Source of the DNA: Phoronis australis
Taxonomy: Eukaryota > Animalia > Phoronida
Length of the DNA stretch: 53,996 bases
Assembly: GCA_002633005.1 (NCBI GenBank)
Contig: NMRA01001108.1
Location: 1-53,996 of the forward strand
Direction of reading: 5' to 3'
In this document: piece after piece, positions 23,405 to 34,700 of the stretch
Numbering within the stretch: position 1 is the first letter of the stretch
Layout: every line of letters begins with the position of its first letter
Translations under genes and position numbers: made by a program
Notes under the pieces: model-generated
The model's input: the letters and a program-made list of their open reading frames with translations, nothing else
What the model was told of the DNA's origin: nothing
Database searches by the model: none

Positions 23405-26400
23405 ATGGCTAGCGTACGTTGTTTTCAATGAACTACAGGGGTCTTCAAAGTCTTTCCAAACGCAGAGATGTTTCTAATTTTTTACATAATAAACAATTTT
23501 TTATAAAGTGTTTACAGGACACGCATTTTGTACCAACCGATGAACCTGTTATAAAAGCAATGTGGGGCGGTGATGTGATAATACGCTGTGGTACAAGTAA
23601 TTCCCGAGGTGTATGCATACTGTTCAAAAACAATTTTGAGTACGAACTAACAGATATTGCAGGTGACGACGAGGGTAATCATTTGATCGTAAATCTTATC
23701 ATTGAAAAAACATTCTCGGTCACATTTATTAATATTTACGGTCCCAATTGTTAATCGAGTTAAACGAATTATAGTCGAGAGTATTGTGGAGTATGCCGCT
23801 CTACCCTATGACAGGCAAAATGTTCTACATATTCCCAAGGCTGATCTGTGTCTAACCGTTGATGATTCTATATTCTTCGAAATGTTGCTATTGAGGATCA
23901 GATCCGAAACTATATTGTATTCTAAAAAGCGGAAACACGGAAAAAAGTAAAGTTTCTTGAAAACCAAATATCTTATCTTGTAAAATTAGCAGACGAATCT
24001 TCATCTGGCTTATTCGATACTATTTTAGAACAAAAATTTGGAAGACTGTAGAGATTACATTATGAGAGGACATCAGATCAGAGCGCGCGCAAGGTGGGTT
24101 GAAAATGGCGAAAAACCTTCAAAATATTTTGCCAATTTGGAAAAAAGAAATTATGTTAATAAAAATGTTACTAAATTAGTTATAGACACTCATAACAATA
24201 CTACAATCACCTAGCAAAGTGCACTTCTACATAACATTTGCGATTTTTATAAATCTCTCTATGCATCCAAAGATGATCTTTTTGATGACGTTAATTTGAA
24301 CGTTGTGTTCCCGCCGCCACTACATGTTCCACGATTAACCAATGCCGCGTGAATTCTTGAGCAGTTGGCGTCCACATTCTCTCTTAAATACAAGTTATAA
24401 AGTTTTATCGGGTTGTATTGCACATCGTATTAAAAGTGTCATCACCAAAATCATTCATCAAAATCAGAAAGGCTTTATCAAGGGGAGGTTTATTGGTGAA
24501 AATATTAGAACCATCTACGACATTTTAAATTGCTCAGAAGAATATGACATACCCGGTCTGATAGTTCAAATTGACTTTGAGAAAGCCTTCGATTCCATTT
24601 CGTGGAAAATGATCTACAAATCCCTATCTTTTTCAACTTTGGTAAAAACCTCGTTGATTGGGTGCGCTTAGTAAATTCAAAGGCTACACTTTGTGTGATC
24701 CAGCACGGCATAACTTCAGAATACTTCAAAATTGGTCGCGGATGTAAACCAGGTGATCATGTGCCCCCCTGTCTTTTTATCATTTGTGTTGAAATAATGA
24801 CCATCATGTTTCGTGAAAATAAAAATATAAAAGGTATTGGCATCCCAGATGTCAACGACCTTAAGCTTTTGCAATATGCAGATGACACGGTTTTGTTTTT
24901 AGATGGTACAATAGAATCCTTAAAATACCTGCTTTATCTCCTGGACCAATTTCACAAATTCTCTGGTCTGAGACCAAATGTAGAAAAAACTCATTGTATT
25001 TGGATAGGTCGGATGAGGGGAATTGAATTGCGCTTGTGTCCAGAATTAAATTTATCTTGGCAAAAAGAAAAATTTTCAATTCTGGGAGTCATATTTAGCA
25101 CAAATTTATCAGAAAGTCCAGACTTAAATTACAATGTCAAAATACAAGAGATTTACAGAGATTTGACTTGTTGGAAAAATAATCGTAGTTAAATCGTGTG
25201 TTTTTCCTAAATTAACTCACCTCCTGTTGTCATTACCTTCTTCATCAGACAAAGTTGATGACTCTTTAGAAAAACATTTTGTTAAATTTATTTTGCAAAA
25301 CAAAAATGACAGGATAGCTAGAAATATTATGATCCAAGATTTTTCCAACGGAGGCTGTAAAATGGTCTATTTAAAAAACCTTCTTCATGTTGGGGCCAAA
25401 TTTTATAGTCAATGCTCGGGAATTTTTAGGAGTGTCTTTTGGAAAGAAGTATTTTTAGTTGTTGGGGAAGTACTCTCCAGTATCTCAGATTATCACATTA
25501 AAGAGGAATTTTATTACGAACCACTCTGGTATAATGAATATATTTTGATTCACAAAAAGTCTGTTTTCTACAATGACTGGCATAAAAGAGGGATAATTTT
25601 TATCCACGATTTGTTGAACCGTAATGCTCATTTTATGTCTTACCAGTGTTTCTGTGAAAGATTCAGGTTTTCTCCATCATTTACATCTTTTTGGGGTATT
25701 CGAAGTGCAATTCGTCAAACTATTTGTCATTCTCAAGTTAGGCCATGTAGTGAAATCGAGATAACCTTGCCTTTTTGCACAACATTTAATTCCATTCTTA
25801 TATCGAGACAAAAAGTCAATAAACAAATTTATACATACTTAATACAAAAACTATATAAAAAACCCAAATTTGAGGAAAATTGGGAAAAACAGTTGAATAC
25901 CGTAATTCCCCGTGAGTGGTGAGAAAAGCTCATTCTTATTCTAATAACTTTTCTTGTGATGTCCAGCTTAAACAGTTTCAAATACGTTTAACTCACAGAC
26001 TACTCGGAACCAATAAGTTTTTGAGTATGATTGGTGTTAGAAATTCAGATAGTTGTACTTTTTGTAATTCTTATTCTGAAGACCTTTTTCATTATTTGTA
26101 ATGGTCTTGTTTAACTATTCAAAGTTTTTGGAAAACCGTTGAAAACTGGATAAAAAACCTCTGCGGAATTGATATGAAACTTGATCATTTTGACGTAATT
26201 TTTGGCTCCTTTAATGAATCAAAAATCATAAATCTACTTTTATGTTTAGGCAAGTACCACATACACAAGCAAAGACTTCAGACTGTAGAACCATGTTTTG
26301 CACTTTCTAAACATTTTCTTTTTGATTACTACAAAATAGAAAAGGTTATGTACTATAACCAGTACAGGTATCTCGACTTCGAGGAACGATGGGCCCTTCT

Positions 26401-26416
26401 AGCACCTTTATTCTAA
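23405..26416 (+). pseudogene. L1/Tx1 ORF2 (AP endonuclease, reverse transcriptase)
   Basis: SMNYRGL..CLQDTH..SRGVCIL..NIYGPN (APE); WRPHSLLN, QKGFIKGR, IDFEKAFDSI, LQYADD (RT); CTFC..EDLFH (zinc knuckle). Broken into seven ORF pieces. Confidence 0.93.
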
Positions 26417-26546
26417 TTTATAGTACATACAACCAATGGTCCCCCTTTGTATGAATGTGAGCGAGACTGCGCGCGCGTATGTTGATACTGTTTGGTTTTA
26501 TTGTATTTGCATTACGATAACAATAAAACTTTTGCCAAAAAATAAT

Positions 26547-26591
26547 AATTTCTACTTCGATTTCAAGTAAAAAGAATAGCACTGAGCCCTG
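26547..26591. mobile_element. Right terminus of the MITE split by the L1 insertion
   Basis: TTCGATTTCAAGTAAAAAGAATAGCACTGAGCCCTG resembles the 3483 end TTCGTTTCGAGTACAAAGATTAGAGACCGGGCCCTG. Confidence 0.7.
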
Positions 26592-26829
26592 CTCTCGAAA
26601 AGACAATGTTTTTGCTAAATAATTACAGTTCATAAATGACTTCGCCGTTCGCACCGGCTCAACTGGCTAAAACGTCTAATTGGTCGGCAACACTTAGTCG
26701 GAAGTCATCATCAAGTATCATTCAGATGTTTTAGGCAGTTGCTTCGGCGGAGCCGACGAATTCAATCATGTGCAGATAATCGTGAACAAAACTAACGCTC
26801 CCTCGCTTCTGTGCATATGACATTTGTAG

Positions 26830-27066
26830 GCCACCACGATTGCAAGGACGACCCTAAAGGAATTGGTTACAACGGATCAATTAGTCTAACTATTCCCGGT
26901 ATACCCTGTCAACGATGGGATACGGACTACCCGCACACTTCTAACAACTTTGACAGCGTACATGAAAAGTTCTGCCGAACTACATCGATAGGAAACGAAG
27001 CTCCATGGTGCTATACTACTGATCCTGCCGTTAGATGGCACTACTGTCAAGTTCCATTATGTTCAG
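26830..27066 (+). CDS. Kringle domain exon 2
   Basis: DCKDDPKGIGYNGSISLTIPGIPCQRWDTDYPH...KFCRTT...APWCYTTDPAVRWHYCQVPLCS has six Cys. Acceptor TTTGTAG, donor CAG|GTGAGC, 237 nt, phase 1-1 like exon 18049. Confidence 0.92.
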
Positions 27067-27646
27067 GTGAGCACACACTTCTGAAACGGGAATGTTAGTT
27101 TCAGAGAAATGATGAAATAGAAACCGTTAACTACACCACTTTTTATACTTTGTAAGCATTCACGTGAAGCATTAGAATCACCAAATTGTACACATTTCAT
27201 TTAATTTCATGGGCTACAACGGCAGACAATGACTACGTAGCAAACGCTAACATGCAAATACAGTTTTAATCTTGTAGATATGTGCATGCAAAAATGAAAT
27301 GCGTTGGAACTTAAGTGCAGCTACACTCACAGTAGACGCATTTCTGTACGAGGATTTTACTGCAACACAAAATGTCACGCCAAGAATTGTACGATCCCAC
27401 TTGGACTTATTATGTTGCATAATCAGCAGAATTAAGGAGGAACACAATAGGGAAACATTACAAAAACGTTGAGCTAGTAAAATTCACACTTTCTTGTCCG
27501 ATTTTCAAAATACAAAAACCCAACCAGGTGTAATTTCCACTAACTATTCAAATATGTTATTTAAAAACGTTCATGTTGATAATTATATCAGCATGGCGTC
27601 TTGGATCAATACCTTCAGATTTCGAGGTACATGTACGCAAACCTGA

Positions 27647-30600
27647 TAGCCTAGTCCAAAAATGGCCCCCGTGCACCCCCCCAGACTTCAACTTCAATGT
27701 TGCATTTTTATGAAGGAAATTATGGGTGAAAACGGAAAAATGATGTTAACAAGCCGATTTTGCTATATTTCGCCATATCTTTCAGACTATTTCATAAAAT
27801 GGAAAAAGGTGTGTCTGGGATTATGTCAAACATTTTAAATTGGAACTACAAGTAAGTGACAAAATCTCACATATACAAAACACTCAACATATGGAACAGA
27901 AACGTTGTGTCCGGCATGAAAATCCGCTATTTTTATTCAAATTCAGGACTTTGATGTTGACGGCATAAATAAAAACAAACTGTGACATCATGTTTAGGTT
28001 GAAGTCTAACCAATATAAATTTTAGGTTCAATAAATGATTCAGAAACAATTTTTCTCATCTTTTTAAAATAAAGAGGAACATTGTTTATAAGACAGTCAC
28101 ACGTTAACACATCAAAGTTGTAAATCAGCTTTTGATGTAAAAAACGTCTTGAATACCAACTAACATAGAAAATATAATCGGTTGTTTGCATGTCAATCAG
28201 AGCAAATCCAACGTGGGGGACAGGGAAATCGGACTGCATTCGAAATTAAGGCAGGTATCTAGGCAGATGTAAAAATCATGCCCAAAAGAAAACGAGGTCG
28301 AAGCTTTTCAACTGAAGCCAAAGATCAGTCTCTACCCGCATGCATTCTTCACTTAGATTCTGTAAGCGAACATGGTAATTTTACAGCATTATGCAATGTG
28401 AGAGGAACAGGAAGTCAAAAACCTACCTCAGCTAAAACTCAGATCATCGAACAAAATGATGCCATCAAGTCTCTTCCTTCCGTTTGCTTTACGCTGAGGA
28501 ACTAAAACAGAACTGGCATGGGAATCTTAGGTACCGTTCTGAGAAACTATAGAATCGTTTTAAAACAGGTCCATTGGAAAACCAGGTCAACTTCACAAAC
28601 ATTGACTCGGGTCACTCGGAGAGCTATAAATTCAACTTAGATTTTGAAACCGCTTTGGCAAATGAGATGGGGATGCGTCGACTCATCAACTTCCATAGAA
28701 AGGGTAACAATGCACAGTGTATCCCACTGTGAGTGACACAATTCGAATGAATTGACCACGAATGAACAGGGCAGCAACATCGTCAACAATGCTTGAGGAA
28801 TCATGATTCAAGAGGTGAAGCCTGGTTTTGAAACTTCCAAGGATAAAGTAATGCGGGTCGCAACCGACAACGAAGTCTCCAAGTAGAAGCTCCATCGTGA
28901 AACAATAGATGGCCTTTTCAAGAACAGCAAAGCCTCATTTCTGCATTATAATCTAGAAGACATTGCTCCAGAAGACTATCGTTATCCTGAGGATACTCTA
29001 TTCATCCAATATGGCATGGCACTTCTCCACACGTTAGCTAATCTCCCTCCAATATGTAGTGAGATCTACTTACAGGTACAAGTACAATGGCATCGAAGAA
29101 GCACTTCTTGCTCTCAACTGTCAGCTATTTCACTGACCCTATTAAAGCCCAGGAACGGTTGCAACGTGGCAGTGGGTGGACAACATACACGAAAACAGTA
29201 CGACGTCAAAACCTTTCTTGCAAACGATGACAACAAAACGCAACTCTGTCAACTGTTACTGTAAGTTTGGAGTGATGAGAAGCCAGTTTCCAAGTTGGAA
29301 TAGAGCGACATGTCCATCTTGATTGCAGACGGAAAAGCCCATCAACGTGTTACATCTGATGGCGAGGAAGTCCATGATCTTTTCTCTGAACAAAATTTTC
29401 TGAGTATTTCTTACTTTAATATAATCTGCGATGTCATACTGTAAATTAATCTGATGTTTCAGGTTCACACTCAGGTGCACCCACATATACACAGCAACCA
29501 AGAAGAGACACAAGAAATGTTTTGTACCTTCAATATGTAGTCTCATTTGGGTACAGAAACGCTGTGTCAGAAACCCTTACACTGAATTCTTCTTTGTAAT
29601 TCTACCTTATCATACTTACGCCATGAAGCTGACTGGAAAATCTAGATACAGAGCTAGGAAAACATCGGCTACTACTGAATCTCTCCGACCTGGACAAAAT
29701 CCTTGGAAAAAGTTCCTGTGAAACTGTACTTGGATTTTATATATATGCTGGAGAAGATTGCACCACTGTTTTTAAATTGAATGAAAGGCTGGCTCCCTTA
29801 AAAAGCTGGAAAAATCCAAAGTTTTGCCGAGCATTCAGGCACCTTGGCGTTGATTGGGTTGTACGTTCTGAAGTTTTGAAAGGGATGGAGAAGTTCACCT
29901 GCTTCATGTATGAGTCGTGGGTAATCGATAGATGCTACTCGTACCAAGATGTTGCGCAATATGGTTGGTGAAGTTGAAATTCTCACAAGTCCACGGTTGA
30001 CCTTGTTCGACTTCCCCTGCTCCTAGCTGCACGGAAACCTCACATGCAACTAGTAAATCACCGTGTCGCTTTCCAAGCACTCTTGGGAACTCGTAATTGA
30101 ACAGCCAAAACCTTATGACGAAGGACAAGGGTGGATGCGGACTGACGAAGAAGTGTTTGAATCTGTGTTGCCGTGTGGTCCTATCTTACCAAACTCACTG
30201 ATTGATATCTTGCTCACCGATGTTTGTGAATTGGAAGAGTTATATGACGAGTTATATGGCAGTTTCACGGAAAGCGATGAACGTGGCTTGGAGTGATGGA
30301 ACATGTAAGCTATCACCACCTAATGACTGCCCACATTTCTGCTATAATTTCCCTACATTTTCTACTTGAGATATTATTTTTTGTTGAATTACGTTCACTA
30401 ACAAGCTGATTATATAAGCACTGAAAGTTGCTCATTGTTTTAATGTTTATATTGTCTTATGTACGCTTTCACTGTATTATTGATCGTAAGTACATGTAAA
30501 TCGTATAATGCAAATCAGATGCAAGAAAATTCCTTCGTAATGCTTGACCCTCAAAATATCAGTTTTCACACTTGAGTTGTTCAATTACAAGAAGAACAAA

Positions 30601-30785
30601 GTCCGATATCGTCAAATAATGAAAAATCTGTAATGGCTGCACTAATTGGCATAAAAACGCATGCAGGACACTTTTTCGGCTTGTTAACACCTTCTTCCGG
30701 TTTTCACCCCTATTTCTCTTTGCAAAAAGGTAACTTAGGAGTTGAAGTCCGGGCGTGCACAGGGGGCCATTTTTCGACTCAACTA
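27647..30785 (+). mobile_element. Second Academ-like DNA transposon, internally deleted, in the intron before the PAN exon
   Basis: Left TIR TAGCCTAGTCCAAAAATGGCCCCCGTGCAC..GACTTCAACT; reverse complement of right end TAGTTGAGTCGAAAAATGGCCCCCTGTGCAC..GACTTCAACT. Flanks TGA/TGT. Confidence 0.85.
28278..30296 (+). pseudogene. Academ-type transposase relic with XPG-like region
   Basis: MPKRKR..ACILH..HGNFTAL, GMALLHTLANLPP, TFLANDDNKTQLCQLLL, AGEDCT, NPKFCRAFRHLGVDW and PKPYDEGQGW..GPILPNSLIDIL. Many disruptions. Confidence 0.78.
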
Positions 30786-30932
30786 TGTTGAGTTGCCATA
30801 TCTCGACCGGTGATTTTGTCAACATAAAATTCTTTTCATATTTTATCGTCTCTGTGCAGGTGACATATTTTATCTCACTTTGTCTGTACGAGTGGAGAAT
30901 CCCCCGTCATCATATCTGTCTTTATCTAATAG

Positions 30933-31249
30933 GAAAATCCAAAACCTTGCAACCGAAAGTCACCAGTACGACGGCGTCGCCATCTGTTGTGACGGACTGC
31001 ACTACTCTTCAACCAAGGCTTATCGTTGAAAATGTTTGTTTAAGCCCTGCGCAGGTCAGCAAGTACGCTAAAATCCCGAATGGCTTCATGCATATAAACA
31101 GCACTTTTGAGAACGTTCGGCCTATAGACTTCAAATATGCACGCAACACGGTAGCTTGTTTGCTCCATTGTAAAGCAATTGATATGTGCGATGTTGTCAC
31201 TTACTCAGAATGCACCAACGTGTGTACTACGTTAGTTTACATAGTTTAA
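30933..31249 (+). CDS. Terminal exon: S/T-rich linker plus PAN/apple-like domain
   Basis: Acceptor TTTATCTAATAG, phase 1, in frame with kringle 2. KVTSTTASPSVVT linker, then ARNTVACLLHCKAIDMCDVVTYSECTNVC (C-x3-C-x5-C-x4-Y-x6-C, PAN-like spacing). Current stop at 31247-31249. Confidence 0.7.
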
Positions 31250-31746
31250 AGGGAATGCCACCCAAACAACGTATTTTTTGTCAATTTAGATCAAGTATTT
31301 CCACTCGATAACAACAAGTTCAGTTCTTTTACCTGACACCTGGCGGTAGACGGAGTTGCTGACGTCACAGGTTCTAACATGGTCTGCTCAGCAGTTCACA
31401 AAACGCTTACTGGTGTCAGCCTATCGCTTAAATTCATTTTTTACACCTATAAATGATCAAAATTCGATGTAAGTCCTTTACACATTGACTTTTTAAACAA
31501 ACGAGTTGTTTAATTTTGCTGTTGCGGATTTATAGAAATTTTGAACGTACCGTAGCCTACAAAGTTCGCTGGGCCAACTAACAGAGCTCGGTCTGTTCGG
31601 TGATAAATTAAAGTTATTCTTCCGCGAAATTCACAGAGGAGAGCACAGACATGTGTTATTATTTTTGGCTTGCAAATATTTTCATTTCTAAACACGAAAC
31701 GCTCTGCACCCTATCAGACCCGTTGCGGCCGCACGGGAGACATTAA

Positions 31747-34700
31747 GAGTGCACTACACTTCAGACCAGGCAAAAATCCATACATGGGTGATACACCCTA
31801 TGTGACGGATTTGTATCATATTATGCATTTTTGTCAAGTTGCACCTTAAATTTCACAATTCGGGTTTGAAAGGTCATGAGGTCATACAAGCAGTAAACAT
31901 GGAAAACTTGCCCAGATTTGAATGAGTCGATCTCAACTGAAGCCTAATGTTACACTTTGAATTTTAATTGTGAGTTTGATCTATGTTAGCAGAATAGATA
32001 TTTGGCTTCAAAACCACCGGCAAACACAGGTCTTCATATTGTGATGAGCAATTGTTCACAGCTACCACATCCAAAGTGAGCACTTGTGACAGTAGCTACC
32101 TGTACTACTCATCGAAATTGTTGAGTTTTGAGGACTAAAAGTGCTCAAATGGTTGTTAATTTTTTGAGTTTATTTCTTAGCAAATAAAATTCAACAAAAT
32201 TAGTATTTTTGTTTTTTACCATGAATTACCATTTTGACGAAAAGCCCTTCGGGTGTCTCTGATATCACTGAAGAAAAATGGCTGCTAAAGTGGGTGAAGT
32301 AGGTAGTATACTAGTGTGTTCGTTGGCATCATTATATCCTTCAAATCAGGTTTGTGGACCTTCAAAGGAATACCGAGACCATGCAGCAAGCAACTGAAGC
32401 ACTTACTGATTGCATGTAGTCCACAACAAGCCATTTGAAATATGTTAAAATCACTGACCCAGTCCCGTTCACTGACAGTGCTGAAACTGAAAGTGGCAGC
32501 TGATTCTTGCCAGAGTCAGAGTGGGCTTGTTTACAAAGGTTTGCCTCCCCCCAGAAGTGACTGTTTGTTGAAATCATCGAGCTCAGAAAGGAATCAGATG
32601 GAGGCCAAGTAAAAGTAAAATATGTGCCCACCTTTAACATCAGAAAGGCTCTAAACCAAAGGCAAGGCCAAGCTTCAGTTTGGAAATGGAATGTAAGTGG
32701 AAATGCAGTCAACAAAGAATTTCTGGAAGAACAGAAAGTATCGATTCTAGTTGAGTGAGGTAAGTTGTTATCCAGGTGCAGGTCATCAGTGCTCTATACC
32801 TGTTGATAATGAATTTATTATATTCTTTGCTTTCTCAAGATTCTGACTGTTGCCAGGAAGCAATTCAAATTTTAAAGAGCCACAAAGGCAGCACAACCCT
32901 ACACTTGAGTCCTAGAGTAATTTTAGTAACTAATTCCAATACATCCTTGTATTAGTAAAACATTCTCTTTTTCTCAGCATTTTGGGTTTGTTGAAATACA
33001 TTCCATTTTATGAATATGCATGTGTAAGGAGTGGAAATTTGGTGTCCTTTATAAAAAGATTTAATCGATCCTTTGTCTCCTAGCTAGCTGACACCAATTT
33101 CTCATCTAATTCACCTGTAGTCACTACTGAATGGTCACATTGCTCTATCTGTATAACCAGAGATATATAATTTCCCACATGTGCATTGGAATCCCATTAC
33201 AGTGGGGCCTAATTTAACATGGCTAAAGTAATAACACTGTTAGGGTCTCTAATACCTGAAGCATTCAACTTCAAGAACAACACTGGGGAAAACATGTTGG
33301 GATTCGATTTATTGGGAGTTGTGTTATGCTTATTTTCCATAAAATTCTATTGTAGATCTATGCAGAAATTGTAAGCATTTACCAAAGAAGTTAGCCACTG
33401 TTGTTGAGGTTACTACAGAAAGCGAACTAGTGAGTAGTTAGTTAATGAATTGGAGTATTGTTGCGCAAAACCTTTTTCTCATATTCTTAGTTCCCGTATT
33501 AAGTGCATCTTGTCAAAATTTAATTATAGCAAAACAGTAGTTGTAGTAGAAGATTTTTATTTCAATTGTATTGTGGTTGCTTACAAAACCTCGTAGACAA
33601 ATAAAAATGCCGTGCATTCAGCGGATTGTGCGTCTCGGAAGTTTTACTGCGCAAGTTGTTCATAGTTACGTGAGTTGCTAACTAGGGTTAATAGACCTTG
33701 AACTATGTTTATGTTGAGGAACTATGTTCATAAATGCACAGTCTGTTTAGTTCTGTGCCAGTTATTTCACCACACCTGTCAACATTTGAAAATTCCTCTG
33801 AGAGATAAGACTGCTTGTAACAAAAGCTTGGGTACTCCAAGTAGGTCATAACAAGATTTTTATAGTAATTTCCAAAGTTACTCCAGGTTGAGTTAGTGAC
33901 TACTGAGACAAACTTTGAAAGGTGCATTTGGCTACAAATATTGAAGATGCATTGTATTCCTTTTAGCCTGAAAATCATGTAAAACATAAAATTTTCTCAA
34001 TCAGCATCTTGGCATGAAGAGTGTTGGATCTTATCTTAACTTTATGGCTTTTTTGCCGTTTTTGAAGCAGTCGCAATGCTATTTATTAAAACTGTTGGTT
34101 TTCCAGGTTTTAGTAGTGAATTCACATTTTGATTAATTGACGACACTTTGTTTTGAGTGCTGCTTGGACACAATGAGGGTTGCACCTATATGTGAGTGGC
34201 CATCTTACCAAGCTATTTTAAATGGTGAAAATAAATTCTTTGGGCAAAGGCTGCTTATGGAAAATATTATTCTTGTGTTTACGGATTAAGTTGCATGCAA
34301 TGGTATTATTTACAGGCAAAATTTTCAAGTGGAGGAGAGGGGGACCAACCATCATTCTGGCGGCCCACATCTTTGCCATAAGTCGAATCAGTTTCTCACT
34401 TCTGCATCTGATGGAAGGGTCAACCCTGTTAAGTCGCAGCTTCTAGCTGACTTCGACGAATCTGCTGAAAGCTCCAAGCGATATTACAAACGGAAAGCCA
34501 GCGAAGCATTATCTGTAACCCATGAATGTATTGTTCCTGGTCAGAGTGATGTTCTGAAGAATGTCCCTCACCTCAGCAGATTAAATTTTCCCGTTAAGCA
34601 GCACTCAATCGTTCTGGGAAACTAGCACAGTTTGATGTCTTTGAAATGAAAAGTATCATTTAAGAAGATTGTCGATTTGAACTGCGACAAAAGATTGCTG

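Larger units (their letters stand above)
22067..26546 (+). mobile_element. End-to-end L1-clade (Tx1-like) retrotransposon, inactive, with internal deletions
   Basis: ORF1, spacer, ORF2 (APE, RT, zinc knuckle), AATAAA at 26522 and a short A tail. Flanked by AATTTCTA at 22059-22066 and 26547-26554 (TSD). Confidence 0.92.

Noticed and set aside
18049-31249. Calling the gene plasminogen, HGF or apolipoprotein(a)
   Set aside because: No serine-protease exon is visible and the PAN-like domain follows the kringles. The similarity is domain-level only, so no gene symbol is given.
31246-31249. Kolobok-like insertion creating the stop codon
   Set aside because: The TAA is part of the pre-existing TTAA target, so removing element A leaves the stop. 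The earlier LINE insertion is the better explanation.
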